Position numbers and translations under genes: made by a program
Notes under the pieces: generated by a model
Told to the model about the DNA's origin: nothing
The model's database searches: none
Seen by the model: the letters and a program-made list of their open reading frames with translations, nothing else
Part shown: positions 23,861 through 43,235 of the stretch, one piece after another
Layout of the letters: the number at the start of each line of letters is the position of its first letter
How positions within the stretch are numbered: position 1 is the stretch's first letter
Origin: the human T2T-CHM13v2.0 reference genome, Homo sapiens
NCBI RefSeq assembly: GCF_009914755.1
Contig: NC_060938.1
Strand: one strand, 5' to 3'
Length of the DNA: 64,000 bases

Positions 23861-24450
23861 GTGAGCCCAGTCAGCTTGTTTCCTTTTCTTTTGGTGGGCT
23901 ATATTTCAAAGTTTATCTTCAGTTTAGGGGGTCAGCAAACTTTTTCTTTAATGGGCCAGATAATAAATATTTTAGGTTTTTTAAGCTATATGGTTTTGAT
24001 TGTTACTATTTTTTCAAAGATTTAAAAATTATATTTTTTGTGATTGTTTTTATATCTGTTTTTCAGTATATGTGAAATCATACATTTAGATAATGTAATA
24101 AAATCTTATAAATAAAAATATATGTTTATGTATAAATATATACATAAATATGAGATACATGTGATGTATAGGTGTATAAGTATATAAATATTTACTACTA
24201 CAAATTCTTTTGTTTATTTTATATATATCTGTAAGTATTTTCTTTCTAAATGTGATTGGGGATTTAAACATTTTTTGTTGTTCACTTTTCTTACTTTAAA
24301 TTTAGCACATCTGTGTTGCAGAGTGGTCACTGAATTTGGAATCAGATTACTTAAATTTGAGGATTGGCATTGCTCCTAACTAGTCTTGTGACCTTAGACA
24401 AGTCACTTAATGTCTTCAATTTTATTCCTCAGCTGTAAAATACGCCTTAA

Positions 24451-24849
<399 letters not shown>

Positions 24850-24918
24850 TTATTTTAAAATGTAATTATTTTTATCATTTCTCTGTTTGACAGAAGGTGG
24901 CAGAGGTTAACTTAATTA

Positions 24919-25262
24919 CAGTGAAGTGTCACTTAGCGATAGAGATACATTCTGAGAAATATGATGGTAGTTGATATCATTATTATGCGAACATGGTAGA
25001 GTATACTTACACAAACCTGTATGGTTTAGCCTGCTACACTCTAGGCTGTATGGTATACCTTATTGCCCCTAGGCTGCAAACCTATACAGCATGTTACTGT
25101 ACTGAATACTGTAGGCAGTTGAAGCACAGTGGTAAACATTGTGTATCTAAACATATCTAAACGTGGAAAAAGTACAATAAAAATAGGATATTACAATCTC
25201 ACAGGACCATCATCCTATATGTGGTCTGTTAACTGAAATGTCGTTTTGCAGCACATGACTTT
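24919..25262 (+). mobile_element. Tigger3a/MER7-like DNA transposon
   Basis: cattctgagaaat...acttacacaaacct...cctaggctgcaaacctatacagcatgttactgtactgaatactgtaggca...gcacatgact. Confidence 0.75.
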
Positions 25263-25448
25263 ATATAAATCAGCTGTTCTCTAGAACAGAGAACTTGATA
25301 AAATAACTTTAGATATTATGTTGTTTAGTTTTTGTTTGAATATGGATGAGACTAGTGAACAGTCTTAATATTATCTTTTGGTAAATTCAAAGGTTTAGAT
25401 ACATTTCTAACAACTCGTATTTCTCAGTGTTGTCTTTTCTCCCCCCAG

Positions 25449-25584
25449 CTCCTGGTACAGTTTGTTCAGAATACGTCCATCCCATTGGGACAGGGGCTTG
25501 TAGAATCAGAAGCTAAAGATATTACTTGCTTGTCCCTCCTTCCCGTGACTGAAGCCTCAGAATGCAGTCGGCTAATGTTACCAG
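25449..25584 (+). CDS. ZNF410: ZNF410 exon 3, LLVQFVQNTSIP...RLMLP
   Basis: ccccag|CTC acceptor, CAG|gtaaaa donor; 136 nt, phase 0-1. Confidence 0.95.
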
Positions 25585-26075
25585 GTAAAAATTAAGATCA
25601 CTAGAAATAGGATAAAGAAGTCTTAAGAGCTTAGCCTACTCTATGTTACTGGTGGAATGAATATATCGTTTAATAACTGACTGGTGGAAACTGTAAAAAT
25701 TAGGAGTCATGGAGAAAAAGCAACCATGAAATCATTAGTGCATTGGTAGTTTAAGCCATAGGAATGGATATGATCACCCAGAGAGTGTGAGAGTGGGGAA
25801 AAAAGGTCAGTGCAAAACTATGGAACTCTTTATTTAAGGTACAGGGTAGGGCAGGAGAACTTGTAAAGGAGGGAAGAAACAAAGACTAAAATAGTTGGAT
25901 GAACATCAGCAGAGTGGAGGCATGAAACCCAGGAGAAATCATTGTATCAAATGCTACTGACAGGCCCAGTGAAATAGGGACTAAAAGGACTCCATTATTG
26001 ACTTTGGCAGAACCTGTTCCATGGAGAGAAGAGGATGGAAAGTCAGGCTGCAGTGACTTGAGTATACATACTTGC

Positions 26076-27562
<1,487 letters not shown>

Positions 27563-27967
27563 TACAAAAGTTAAGGAGAGGGAGCTCTCTCCAGGAAAAA
27601 TAAAATGTAGATCCTATTCTTGAGTTAGTATTCATTGTATAGCTATATTTTTCAAGGAGAAAGTACTGATTTCTGGCCTCAAAAAGGACTAAATTCTGTG
27701 ATGTCCAAATGTTGAATGGTTGGTTATTCACCAACCATTACTGCCAAGTGACAGAGAATTCTGTTCCTCACGTTTTGGCTGACTGCCTTTGGAACATAAA
27801 GCCATCTCTCTGTTCTTCTGTGAGACAAAGTTTTTATTTGTGTAATGAGAATGCTGTCTGTTGCTATAAGGATGTTAGCTTCCAAGAGATGTTGGGTGCT
27901 GTGTATCAAAATGGTGGGCTCCTAGAGATAGGTGCTACATAAAGCTGTGGTATTTTCCCTTTACTAG

Positions 27968-28186
27968 ATGATACTACAAATCATTCTAACTCCTCCAAGG
28001 AGGTCCCTTCCTCAGCTGTTTTGAGAAGCCTTCGGGTGAATGTGGGTCCAGACGGAGAGGAGACGAGAGCTCAGACTGTACAGAAATCCCCGGAGTTTTT
28101 GTCCACTTCAGAGTCTTCTAGCTTGTTGCAAGATCTACAGCCAAGTGATAGCACTTCTTTTATTCTTCTTAACCTAACAAGAGCAG
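27968..28186 (+). CDS. ZNF410: ZNF410 exon 4, DDTTNHSNS...LLNLTRA
   Basis: actag|AT acceptor, CAG|gtattc donor; 219 nt, phase 1-1. Confidence 0.95.
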
Positions 28187-29343
28187 GTATTCTTTCCTTT
28201 TTTTTGGGCTCTGCTTATGCCTAAGAAAAAAATTAGGGGTGGGGCATATTTAACTTAGTCATACTTAAAATAGAAAGAACCTTTATTATTTTATTATTTT
28301 GGAGAATTGGTGTGTCTGGTGACCATTTGAATATGTAGAGGGAGAGGGAGGACTCTAGTATGACTCATATCTTGTTTGGGAAATTATGTAGTGCCATTTA
28401 CTGAGATCGCACAGGAAGAGCAAGGCTTGGGGGAGGATGATTAGTTCCAATTTGCACCTATTTATGTTGAGATTTTGGAGGTATATTCAGGAGGACATGT
28501 CCTTTAGAGAGTTAGAAACATGAATCCAGAGTTCTAGAAAGGTCTGTTTTGGTGCTTATCAGCATTCAGGAAACGTATGAAACAATGAACATGGATTCTA
28601 GAGAAGTCTCAAGCATAAACAGAAAAGAAGGCAAGTCTGGGACCCTGGGAAAAAACATTTAAGAGGACAACAGAACAGGAAGGAGCAGCTGGAAGGGGAT
28701 GAAGAGAACTGGGAGAGAGTGGTAGCAGGGAAGCCAAGGGAGGAAGAAGTTTTAAGGCAGAAAAGATACTAAATCATGCCAAATACTACATGATGGGCTT
28801 ATTAGTGAGAAGAAGTGTGTGTCTGGTGACCCTAGCAAGAGCAATTGTTACTGTGGTAGCTGAGGTAGAGGCCAGGGTTAAAGAGATGGGGAGTGGATGG
28901 GAGGTAAGACAATAGATACACAAGTTAGAAGGTACACTTGTTCAAGAAGCTTGACTTTAAAGGAACAGGGAAGAAGGTAAATAGCTAGAGAAGTACTTGG
29001 GGTTTTCTAATTCTTTTTAAAAATAAGGGTGAGAGACTTGAGTTAGGACATATTTAAAGACATAAGGAAATGCTGGCCGATAGAGAGGAACTAGTTGCAG
29101 ATAGGAGAGAGGAGATAACACAAGTATATATGGGGGGATAATTGAAGAATGAGAATGAAATACAGTAGGTGGGGATTAGTCTGGTTGACCAAGAAAGACA
29201 GCTTTGCCTTGAAACCAGAGGAGGCAAGGTAATGACAAGCCTGTAGACTAAAGGTAGAAAGATGATAGCCTGCTCTTCAGTGAGAAGTTTGAGGTAAAAG
29301 GCGAAGGTCAGGAATAGCTTATTTAGGACATGGAGAGTTTCTG

Positions 29344-29700
<357 letters not shown>

Positions 29701-29722
29701 TCATATATTTTGTTTCTTCCAG

Positions 29723-29914
29723 GTCTGGGCTCTTCAGCTGAGCACTTAGTGTTTGTACAGGATGAGGCAGAAGATTCAGGGAATGATTTCCTCTCCAGTG
29801 AGAGCACAGACAGTAGCATTCCATGGTTCCTCCGGGTTCAGGAGTTGGCCCATGACAGTTTGATTGCTGCTACTCGTGCACAACTGGCAAAGAATGCAAA
29901 AACCAGCAGCAATG
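29723..29914 (+). CDS. ZNF410: ZNF410 exon 5, GLGSSAEHLVF...AKTSSN
   Basis: ttccag|GT acceptor, ATG|gtgagg donor; 192 nt, phase 1-1. Confidence 0.95.
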
Positions 29915-32383
29915 GTGAGGCCCGTCGGCATTTTCCTTGCCACTATTCTGTGCAAAGAGATTTTGGTAATGCAGTGGCTGGTTTGAGTTGTATATAATTT
30001 AAATTATTCTATTGATGAGAGCAGAAGGCTAGAAATCTGTAAATTGTTTAAATTTTATTTTCTATAAAATAACTTGGTCATGCCAGATTTGTGTTCAAAA
30101 CCAACTAGTATTCTGAATTCTCAACTTTAAATAATGTACAGAGCCCCTTTTAAAGAAAAAATAATATACATCCTGGGGTTTGAATTGTTTTTATTGTAAT
30201 GTCTCTTAAATATGCAAAAACATAAATTCTGTGTAAACTTCATATACTTAGAGCTCTTATACCATCATGAAATCAAAACAGTTTTTATCAGTTAATAGGA
30301 ATAAAACTACCAAATCCATGAAAATAAAAATAACATTAAGTCATTGTGGCAGAGGATTATGTTTTGCTGAAACTAAATTGCTGCTCATGGCAGTTTAACA
30401 ATTAGCTATGATGGTTTTAATGCTTTTTCTTTTCAGTTCAGCATGCCTATACTACTTACTCTGTGTCACTTTTCTCTGTTCTAGTAATTTTCAAAGCATT
30501 GTCACTGGATCATTGACGTCACGTGGGAACTGAGAAATATAAACTCTCAGGCCCATGCCAGACCTACTGAGTCAAAAACTTGGTTCTGATACATGTTAAA
30601 GCTTGAGAACCACGGCTCTATTCAGACCACTGCAGAATCTTTGCTTATGTAGCATGTCATGGATACTTTTTTAGGTCTGCCTCTGTGTTTTCTCATTAAC
30701 ATGTGACACAACTCAATACAACATGGTTTAATGCTATCATTATCACAAACTAAGCTTAAGCACTTAGTACACAGTTGTTTGGAGTTTATGCAGATTATCT
30801 AGTATATGCTTATTATTATTTTTTGATTACCATTCAAATGAAAATAAAAAGTTAAAATTTCTCATAGAGAACTAGAGTTCCCTATGAATATTTTGAAACA
30901 TTAAATCTTTTTTTTTTTTGGTCTTTTTTTTTCCCTTTTTATGGAGAATGAGGTTTTGCTCTGTTGCCAGACAGGTCTCAAACTCCTGGACTCAGGGTCT
31001 CCTCCTGCCTCTGGCTCCCTAAGTGCTGGGATTTTAGGTGTGAGCAACCATCCCCAGCCAAACTCTAAACTGTTTGTTTTCAAAATACTTAGTTCTGTTT
31101 ATGACTACCATAGTGCTACTTAGAATGGTTCATTTTAACATTTTGGTGGGACCCTTAAAATTCAGATTCTTCCTGAGATATATGTGCCAATCTCCAGATG
31201 CTGAAACCTTCAGCATTTCCTCTTACATTGAAGAAATAGTGTCATATTTGCCAATGAGAAGCAGCGTAGGGAGGGGAGCTTGCAATTTAGAATCTGGGAG
31301 CCCTGGGATCCAGGCCTGGCACCATCATTTACTGGTTCCCTGCCTTGGGCAGTTTAACCTCCCTTAGCTTCAATTTTCTTACGATCTGAACATAGAGATC
31401 AGGCAGCTTTCCTGACTGGCTTGTTATGGAGATTATGTAACATTCTATCTGGGAAATGTTATAATCAGCAAAGCATTGTGTGGATGTTTTTCTTACTCTC
31501 AAAGTATGTTGCCTTACTATCTTAACAACTACTTTGTATGCCTGAATATAAAATCACCCCAAATAGGCTGGGCATTGTGGCTCATGCCTGTAATCCCTGC
31601 ACTTTGGGAGGCCGAGGCAGGCAGATCATCTGAGGTCAGGAATTCGAGACCAGCCTGACCAACGTGGAGAAATCCCGTCTCTACTAAAAATACAAAATTA
31701 GCTGGGCGTGGTGGCGCATGCATGTAATCCCAGCTACTCAGGAAGGCTGAGACAGAACTGCTTGAACCCGGGAGGTGGAGGTTGCAGTGAGTGGAGATCG
31801 CACCACTGCACTCCAGCCTGGGCAACAAGAGCGAAACTTGGTCTCCCAAAAAAAAAAAAAATCACCCCAAATATAAGACAATCTTTTATTTTCCAACAAG
31901 ATAATACCCTAAAAGCCTTTTATTTTTTTCTAACTTAGTTATGTAAACTTTTAAGCATGTAGATAAAATTAACATTATAGGTTGCTATTTGGAAGCTTTA
32001 TGATTTTGGTTATACATACACATTTTAATTTTTTTTTTTTTTTTGAGACCGAGTCTCAGTCTGTCGCCCAGGCTGGAGTGCAGCGGCGCAATCTCGGCTC
32101 ACTGCAAACTCTGCCTCCTGGGCTCAAGTGATTCTCTGCCTCAGCCTCCCGAGTAGCTGGGACTACATGTGCATGCCACCATGCCCAGCTAATTTTTGTA
32201 TTTCTAGTAGACACAGGGTTTCACCGTGTTGGCCATGGCTGGTCTCAAACTCATGACCCAAGGTGATCTGCCTGCCTCTGCCTCCCGCAGTGCTGGGATT
32301 ACATGCGTGAGCCACCGTGCGTGGTCCCACATATACATTTTAAATCATATGAAATATATCAATATTGCTTTCACCCACTAACA

Positions 32384-32606
32384 CAAGCTTGTCCAACATA
32401 CGGCCTGTGGGCCACGTGTGGCCCAGGATACCTTTGAATGCAGCCCAACACAAATTCGTAAACTTTCTTAAAACATTATGAGATTTTTTTGTTTGTTTGC
32501 TTTTAAAGCTCACCAGCTGTCATTAGTATTAGTATATTTTATGTGTGGTCCAAGACATTTCTTCTTTCAGTGTGGCTCAGGGAAGCCAAAAGATTGGACA
32601 CCCTTG
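32384..32606. mobile_element. MER30 (hAT-Charlie) DNA transposon
   Basis: cttgtccaac...ggcccaggat...cccaacacaaattcgtaaactttcttaaaacattatgag...agggaagccaaaagattggacaccc. Confidence 0.8.
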
Positions 32607-32797
32607 CACTAACATGTAATGAAGTGATTTTATTCAATATTTTAATGCATTTTTAACATAAATATTTTTGTCATTGTTGACACTGAAGTCACTTTATGAG
32701 TCCTCTAGCATAGTTTTTCAGAGCATGTTATCTTCACTTACAGTCTAAGTTGTTTGAAATACAGAAACGTTTTAATTTTGCATAAGATGTTGTATAT

Positions 32798-33156
<359 letters not shown>

Positions 33157-33237
33157 TCAGTGATTTCTTAGCCTTGCCTTATTCTATGTATTCATTTTTC
33201 CTATTTTATGATTATATTAATATTCTTATTGTATCTA

Positions 33238-33962
<725 letters not shown>

Positions 33963-35612
33963 TGATCCACCCACCTCGGCCTCCCAAAGTGTTGGGATTA
34001 CAGGCGTGAGCCACTGCGCCTGGCCCTGATATTTTTCAAGTAAACACATTTTTAAAAACCTTGGGGCAATATTAAAGAAAAACTTAATAGTAACTAGCAG
34101 GAAGCATCCTAGGTTCTGCTCTGACCTTGGAGCAATTAGTTTTATGACTAGTATTTGGTAAAGTATAGCAAGGAGAAGATTAATAGATGGGACAGAAACT
34201 GCCTTTGATTAACCATCAGGTTCTAGGGGTTGTGATAGGCACAACATATATATTCTACTTTTGGCTATTGAGGGGGAAATTTGGAGATACAAATCTTATT
34301 GCTAAGGTATATATAGTGGAAAGATACACTGCCTGCATATGCTCATGGCAGAATTAAATGACTATTAATTTTTTTCTCTATTGATGTTCAAGTATTTCTT
34401 GAAGAAAGTGAAAGAAAAGGACCACCACCTGCTAATCTGGAATTTATATAAAAATTTTTAAGTAACTGATTTTGTTTACATTTAAGGGAGGCACTTTGTA
34501 CTCCTCTCCTCACCTCTCTTTATTCTGTTGAACAAAACTCCAGTAGATATTTTCTCTTACTTTTTAAAATGTGGTTAGAAATTTAAAAATCATCTGAGTT
34601 TTTGAATTCCTTAAGTATTTTATAACTAAAGAAGGGTGGTACAGGAAATTGGAAGGTGGTTCTTAGTTTGCAGAATGACAAGAAATAGCCAAATTCCTTT
34701 CAGAAGATGGAAATCTAAAAATGGCTGTCAGAGCCCACACTGAACCAGAATGACTACTTCTTCTTAAAATACAGTGGGATTTTTTGTTTGTTTGTTTTTG
34801 AAACAGGGTCTTACTCTGTTGCCCAGACTGGAGTGCAGTGGTGCAATCTCGGCTCACTGCAGCCTCCGCCTCCCGGACACAAGCAAAATACAGAGTTTTT
34901 ATTACTCAGAACTTTGTCATCTTTGTAGCACCCTACTCAGGGATAGTGTTGCTATCCCTGCTTCTCCACCAAACTGTGTAATGCAAAATGGTTTTAATTC
35001 TGATTTCTAATAGCAAACCATTTTGGATATCTCTTACATTTGTCAAAGAGGCCTAGTCTTGTGAAACAAAGCATGATAGTTTTTGGTAGTTTTTCTGGAG
35101 TAAGGGAATGAGGATGTAGAACACTTGCATTTCTATTGTTTCATTATATTTATTTATTTTTTGACAGATTCTTGCTCTGTCACCCAGGCTGGAGTGCAAT
35201 GGTGCAGTCACAGCTCACTATAGCCTCAACCTCCCAGGCTTAAGTGATCTTCCTGCCTCAGCCTTGGAGCCTCAACTACAGGACTGCGCCACCATGCCTG
35301 TCTAATTTTTGTTTGTTTGTTTGTTTGTGTTTTGTAAAGATATGGTTTCACCATGTTGCCCATGCTAGTCTCGGAACACCTGGGCTCAAGCAGTCCTCCC
35401 ACCTTGGCTTCCCAAAGTGCTTGGGATTATAGGTGTGAGCACCATGCCTGGCCAAGTTTCTGCTGTTAAGTGCATACAAAGATAACTGGGGAAGATGAAG
35501 ATAGATACCTGATTAATGATCACTAGGAGTAAAATATAGGAGCTTTATTGTTTGAGCCTAAGTATCTGAGTAGGGTCTTTCCCTGGATTACAAATATGTG
35601 ACTCTGTTACAG

Positions 35613-35763
35613 GAGAAAATGTCCACCTTGGTTCTGGTGATGGGCAGTCAAAAGATTCTGGGCCCCTTCCTCAAGTGGAAAAGAAGCTCAAGTGTACAGT
35701 TGAAGGTTGTGACCGGACATTTGTATGGCCAGCTCACTTTAAATACCACCTCAAGACTCATCG
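35613..35763 (+). CDS. ZNF410: ZNF410 exon 6, includes ZF1 (LKCTVEGCDRTFVWPAHFKYHLKTH)
   Basis: ttacag|GA acceptor, TCG|gtgagc donor; 151 nt, phase 1-2; C-x4-C-x12-H-x3-H. Confidence 0.96.
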
Positions 35764-36554
35764 GTGAGCAAATCCGAGATCTCATATTTGGATATACGTT
35801 GATGCAAAAGTTGATTCTTCCAGAGGAACTTGCCCCTCAGGTTGACAAATTACAGGAAAGTAGGGACTCCAGTTAACTTCTGGTTAAGATATCTTTTTTT
35901 CTTTAATAGAAGGATTTGCATTGTCTCATTTATCTCATTCTTGATAAATATTTAATAAGACATTTGGGACCTAAAGGCCTTAAACCAAGAGTTCTCAAAT
36001 TTTATTATAAAACATATTTCCTTTGAGAACTTAAAAGTAACAAATAAGCATGGGCTCCTACCTTGAACCTATGAGATCAGTTTAAGGGGTGGTGCTAGGC
36101 ATCTGTAGTTTTTTGTGTGATTTTTTTTGTTTAAGAGACAGGATCTCACTTTGTCACCCAGGGTGGAGTACAGTGGCGCCATCATAGCTCACTGCAGCCT
36201 CGAACTCCTGTGCTCAAGTCATCTTCCTACCTCAGCCTCACTTGGGATTACAGGCTTGCACCACCACACCTGGCTAATTAAAAAAACATTTTTTAAAGAC
36301 AGGGTCTCGCTATGTTGCCCAAGCTGATCTCAAACTCCTGGGCTCAAGTAATCTTCCTGCCTCAGCCTCCAGAGTAGCTGGGATTACAGGCGTGAGCCAC
36401 CACCCAGCTATAGTTTTAACAAAGTCTTCAGTTGATTCTGATATATCCAGTTTTTGGACTTACTGTTTGCCTTGAGAGTCAATAGGGGCTTTGACTTGTC
36501 ATCTCTAGCAAAGAGTGTTTTCAGATATTTTTCCTTATGTGATTATTTTTGCAG

Positions 36555-36736
36555 AAATGACCGCTCCTTCATCTGTCCTGCAGAAGGTTGTGGGAAAAGC
36601 TTCTATGTGCTGCAGAGGCTGAAGGTGCACATGAGGACCCACAATGGAGAGAAGCCCTTTATGTGCCATGAGTCTGGCTGTGGTAAGCAGTTTACTACAG
36701 CTGGAAACCTGAAGAACCACCGGCGCATCCACACAG
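36555..36736 (+). CDS. ZNF410: ZNF410 exon 7, ZF2 and ZF3
   Basis: ttgcag|A acceptor, CAG|gtgtgt donor; 182 nt; FICPAEGCGKSF...HMRTH-NGEKP-FMCHESGCGKQF...HRRIH. Confidence 0.97.
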
Positions 36737-37465
36737 GTGTGTGCAGCACCAACATTCCTTTGGGCAGTCTGCTCCTTGGCTCTGCATGTTTGCCTCTCCT
36801 TAGGAAAGACTCAAGTGGGAATAGAAATGAAGGTCTGGGGTTGTTGCTAGAACTCTGAAGATGGGATTTCTTTTTCAAATGACTTGTTGCACTTATAATA
36901 ACATTTATTGTATTTTTACCTGTGTGTGTAGAGTAGACAGTGTTGATTTCTGTTTTCAGGAGCCTAACCTGCAGGGAGAGCTGTAAGACCTTCTCAGACA
37001 ACAATGATGTGGGGAGATGTGGACAAAATCAGTCTGTGTTCAAATCTTTCTGAACACTGCGCAGTTATGATTTTGGGCAGTAACATTTACTGAGTCACAC
37101 AAACCATACAGAACCTGTTCTAGGCACTAAATGGGGCAGGGTGGGAAAAAAATACAAAAGATAAGATATAATCCCTGACTTTCTTGTTAGAGCCTCACAA
37201 CGTGAGAAACAGAATAGAGAAGTGAATTATTCTGGGTCACACAGTATGTTAATATCACAGGAGCAAAATAAAGATTCCTTGACTCTTAATCTAAGAGTCT
37301 AAGGGTGATTTTCCAAGCCACTTGGTCCAGCGTGAGCTAGTCTCTAGCCAAAGTATAATCACTGAACCCACACCACTCTTAGAATGTGTAACTATTCTTC
37401 CCCACTTACTTGCCACTTTGACTCTTCTTGATTCTTGCATTGGCAAAATGACAGCAGGTAAAATT

Positions 37466-39573
<2,108 letters not shown>

Positions 39574-40989
39574 TCAGTGGCTTACTATGAGGGCTTACTA
39601 TGTGCCAGGCACTATGCTGAATATTTACCTGGTATTATTTAATCCTCAAAACACTCTTTTGAAATTGTATTATCTCCATATTGTAGATGAAAAGCTGATT
39701 TTTAGAGAGATTAAACACCTTCCCCATGCAAATAAGTGGTAGTGCCAGGATCTGAAGTCAGAATTGGATTAACAGACCCCAAAGGCCATGTTTTTCACCA
39801 TTTTGCTGCATTGTCTTTTAAACCTCTTCCTTCTCCTGTGTCCGTTATCCCAGTGAAATAACCATCCTCTCAAGTTTCCAAATAGGCAGGTATGTCCCCT
39901 AACCAGCTTGATGCAGAGATTTCATGCCATTACATTCTTATGTAGAATCTTTTTCTAAATCCTTTTTGTTTTTTCAGTTCTTTAGTTCATCTTTTGAAAC
40001 ATTTGATCTTGTTATTACTAAAATTTTTTTTTTACATTTGTTCTGTTATATATATTAGTATATTGCTCATTCTTTCAATAACTTTTTGAGTACCTAGCAT
40101 TCTGAGGGATGAGTATACAATTAAAACATTGAAAAAAGCTACCGGTGGAGAGTCTCAAACATTAAACTGTGTGGTACAGTCTAAAAGAATAGTATAATCT
40201 AGCAGTGCTGTTCCCTCCCAGAAAGCTCAGCTCCCATATTGTCACTGTGCCAGCCTTACTAGCCATTTTCTGAACTTTCCCCGGGCACTCTGTTTCAAGG
40301 CTCTGCTCACAGTATTCCTGGTGCCTGAAATTTCCTTCCATCCTTGTCATCTTTTAGATGAACTCAGAAATTCAGCTGCTTACAAAAATTACTGCAACGG
40401 AGCACTTTTTTTTGTATTTATGAATTCATTTGTCTGTCTCACACTAGTTTGTGACCCTTGGAGGATAGAGACTGCATCTTTTTTGTTTGTTTGTTTTTTT
40501 GTTTGAGACAGGGTCTCTCTCTCTGTAGCCCAGGCTTGAGCCCAGGAATTTGAGATCAGCCTGGGAAACATAGTGAGACTTCCTCTCCAAAAAAATTATA
40601 CTTTTAGATGGATCTACAAACTGAGTCATAAAGAAAATTGATGTAAGGTAAAAATCCTGACAGCATATACAGTATTAATCTTGATATCCTCAGATGGTGG
40701 GAGTCACTGAAGAAGGTAGGTTAATGCAACTCTCCAGCTCTTGGGCCAGGAGGGAGAAGGAAATATAGGCTTACATTCCAAGGAAAAGGGCAAGGCTGTC
40801 TGGTGGCATATATACTAAAAGATCATTGAGAGGCAACACTTGCTAGGTAGCCCAGTTGAAATTATAACATGAATTAAATAAATCAGAGTAGGTAAGTCAT
40901 TAGACTCTGAATAAAGTTGGTGGGAAAAGAGAGTAACAGGTAATCAGTTCATCAGAAGACTGAGTCTTTATCTCATTTTCTGTCTCTAG

Positions 40990-41079
40990 GAGAGAAACCT
41001 TTCCTTTGTGAAGCCCAAGGATGTGGCCGTTCCTTTGCTGAGTATTCTAGCCTCCGAAAACATCTGGTGGTTCACTCAG
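40990..41079 (+). CDS. ZNF410: ZNF410 exon 8, ZF4 (GEKPFLCEAQGCGRSFAEYSSLRKHLVVHS)
   Basis: ctctag|GA acceptor, CAG|gtatca donor; 90 nt, phase 1-1. Confidence 0.97.
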
Positions 41080-42097
41080 GTATCAGAACCTCTGCCATTC
41101 ATAGATTTTAGGAAAAGTAGACAAAAGAATAAAAGGGTTGTGGGGGTGATATAAAGACAACTAAAAAGAAACAAACTGTTCACTATAAAGATAGAAAGCT
41201 TCTCATCATCATGACAGAATCAGAAATCAAGGCCCTTAATTCTTATAATCAAGGTTGGGGGGGGGACATCTAATTATTATTTTCAGCTGTGTTTCTAATA
41301 AAGCCTTCTTTTGAAGAGATCAGCAAATTTGTTTGGCACTCTGCTGGGTGCTTTATAAGTTACATAAAACATGGACCCTCTTCTTTAGGAATTGACATTT
41401 TTATCCTTGGGGAGGATTTCATATCAGAAGAAAGTAAAAAGACTGATATAAGTTGTAGCAGCACCAGTAATATTACTGCCTTCTGAGCAGGTGTTAGTGA
41501 TCCTGCTTGAGTCACCATTTTGGCAGAAACTATGCCTTTGGCAAACAGAACCACAAACCTTATCATTGCAGATGTGGAGAAGAGAAAAGAGGAGTAAGAT
41601 TTAGTGACCCATTTTCTGTTTGGAGCCTTAAATTAATTCCCTGCAATTCTGTCAGTTTGCTCACTCTGTGCAGATATATCTCATCCTCTCAACCAGAAGT
41701 CAGGTACAGCGCAGGGAAAAGCCTGTATCTTGTTAGAAGGACTTTTTTCCTGTAGGACATGGTGATTTACTTGGAAAACAAGATGGGGAAGGTAGTTTAA
41801 GAAGGGCCTAAAATGCCAGGAAGGAGAGTTTGTGGAGCCTACTGGAGGTACAACCTGATGAGAACTTGGCTTACTGAAGATTTATCTGGCAGTGATGCAG
41901 AAGCTAAACTAAAACAGGAAGAGATGAGAAGACTTTTTTTCAGTCTGGTCAAGAAGTCTGCTCCAGTGTAGTGGCAGGGAGCATGGAAAGAGACCCAGTG
42001 GAAGAATCTGTTCAACTCCACAAATGATTGGCTGGCTATAAAGTTATACAGCAATGGAGGCAGCAGGTGAGGATTATTGATGAATAATCAATAATCA

Positions 42098-42569
<472 letters not shown>

Positions 42570-43155
42570 TCAGGCTGACTCACATATTTATAAGAGGGGT
42601 TAGAAAAATGTTGGATGATGAGTGCTAGAGGGGCTCTGTAGACTAGCCTTGTAAGTTTGTTGGAGGTGAGAAAATTCCTGGCACACAACAGCTTTTTAGA
42701 ATTTGTTGATTGAACCAATTAGAATGAATAAAAGGATTGCTAAGTAACAGTGAATGAGGACATAGCTGAGAGTAAGTAGCATAACTTTTTTTAGTAGACC
42801 TGTTCAGATTTTATTACTTTTCTCTGCTACTGCTTAACAGTTTAAAAGCTGGGTACTGGAGAAAATAGGTGATGGAGGTTAATCAGAGCAGAGGCTTGCT
42901 GAGGAAGAGATGAACTCAAGGAGGAGAGGGATTCTAGAATGGAATCAGGTCATTGTTGAATGACTGGCCGTGGGAAACAAGGGGAAGCCAGAACATGACA
43001 AGTGGAGAGGAGGAACTGGAAAGTTACTTATGAGGAAAGCAAGCTACTGCAGCAGGAGCAAGGAAGTTGGAGAGTTATAATCAATCAGGGATGTACATTT
43101 CAGAGTTGAGATCTTAGAAGTAGAGCAGTTTTTTAATATGATGACAAGTTCTAAG

Positions 43156-43235
43156 CAGAGGTGGCAAACTGGTATCCTGTAGGCTAGATGTGGACTTCAG
43201 ATGTGTTTTGCTTGGATTGTAGAGCGTTTTTATTT
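43156..43235 (-). mobile_element. MER102-like hAT element, first piece
   Basis: cagaggtggcaaactgg...cagatgtgttttgcttgg resembles the reverse-complemented MER102 end. Confidence 0.55.

Noticed and set aside
34186-34306. Possible cryptic exon in ZNF410 intron 5 (AAG|gtatat donor)
   Set aside because: No convincing polypyrimidine tract, and no way to support it from sequence alone.
34938-34960. 9-bp hairpin cagggatag-tgttg-ctatccctg
   Set aside because: Short stem compatible with chance in 64 kb; no RNA family features.
41507-41755. ORF with HKPYHC resembling a zinc-finger linker
   Set aside because: No C2H2 spacing follows; likely coincidence.
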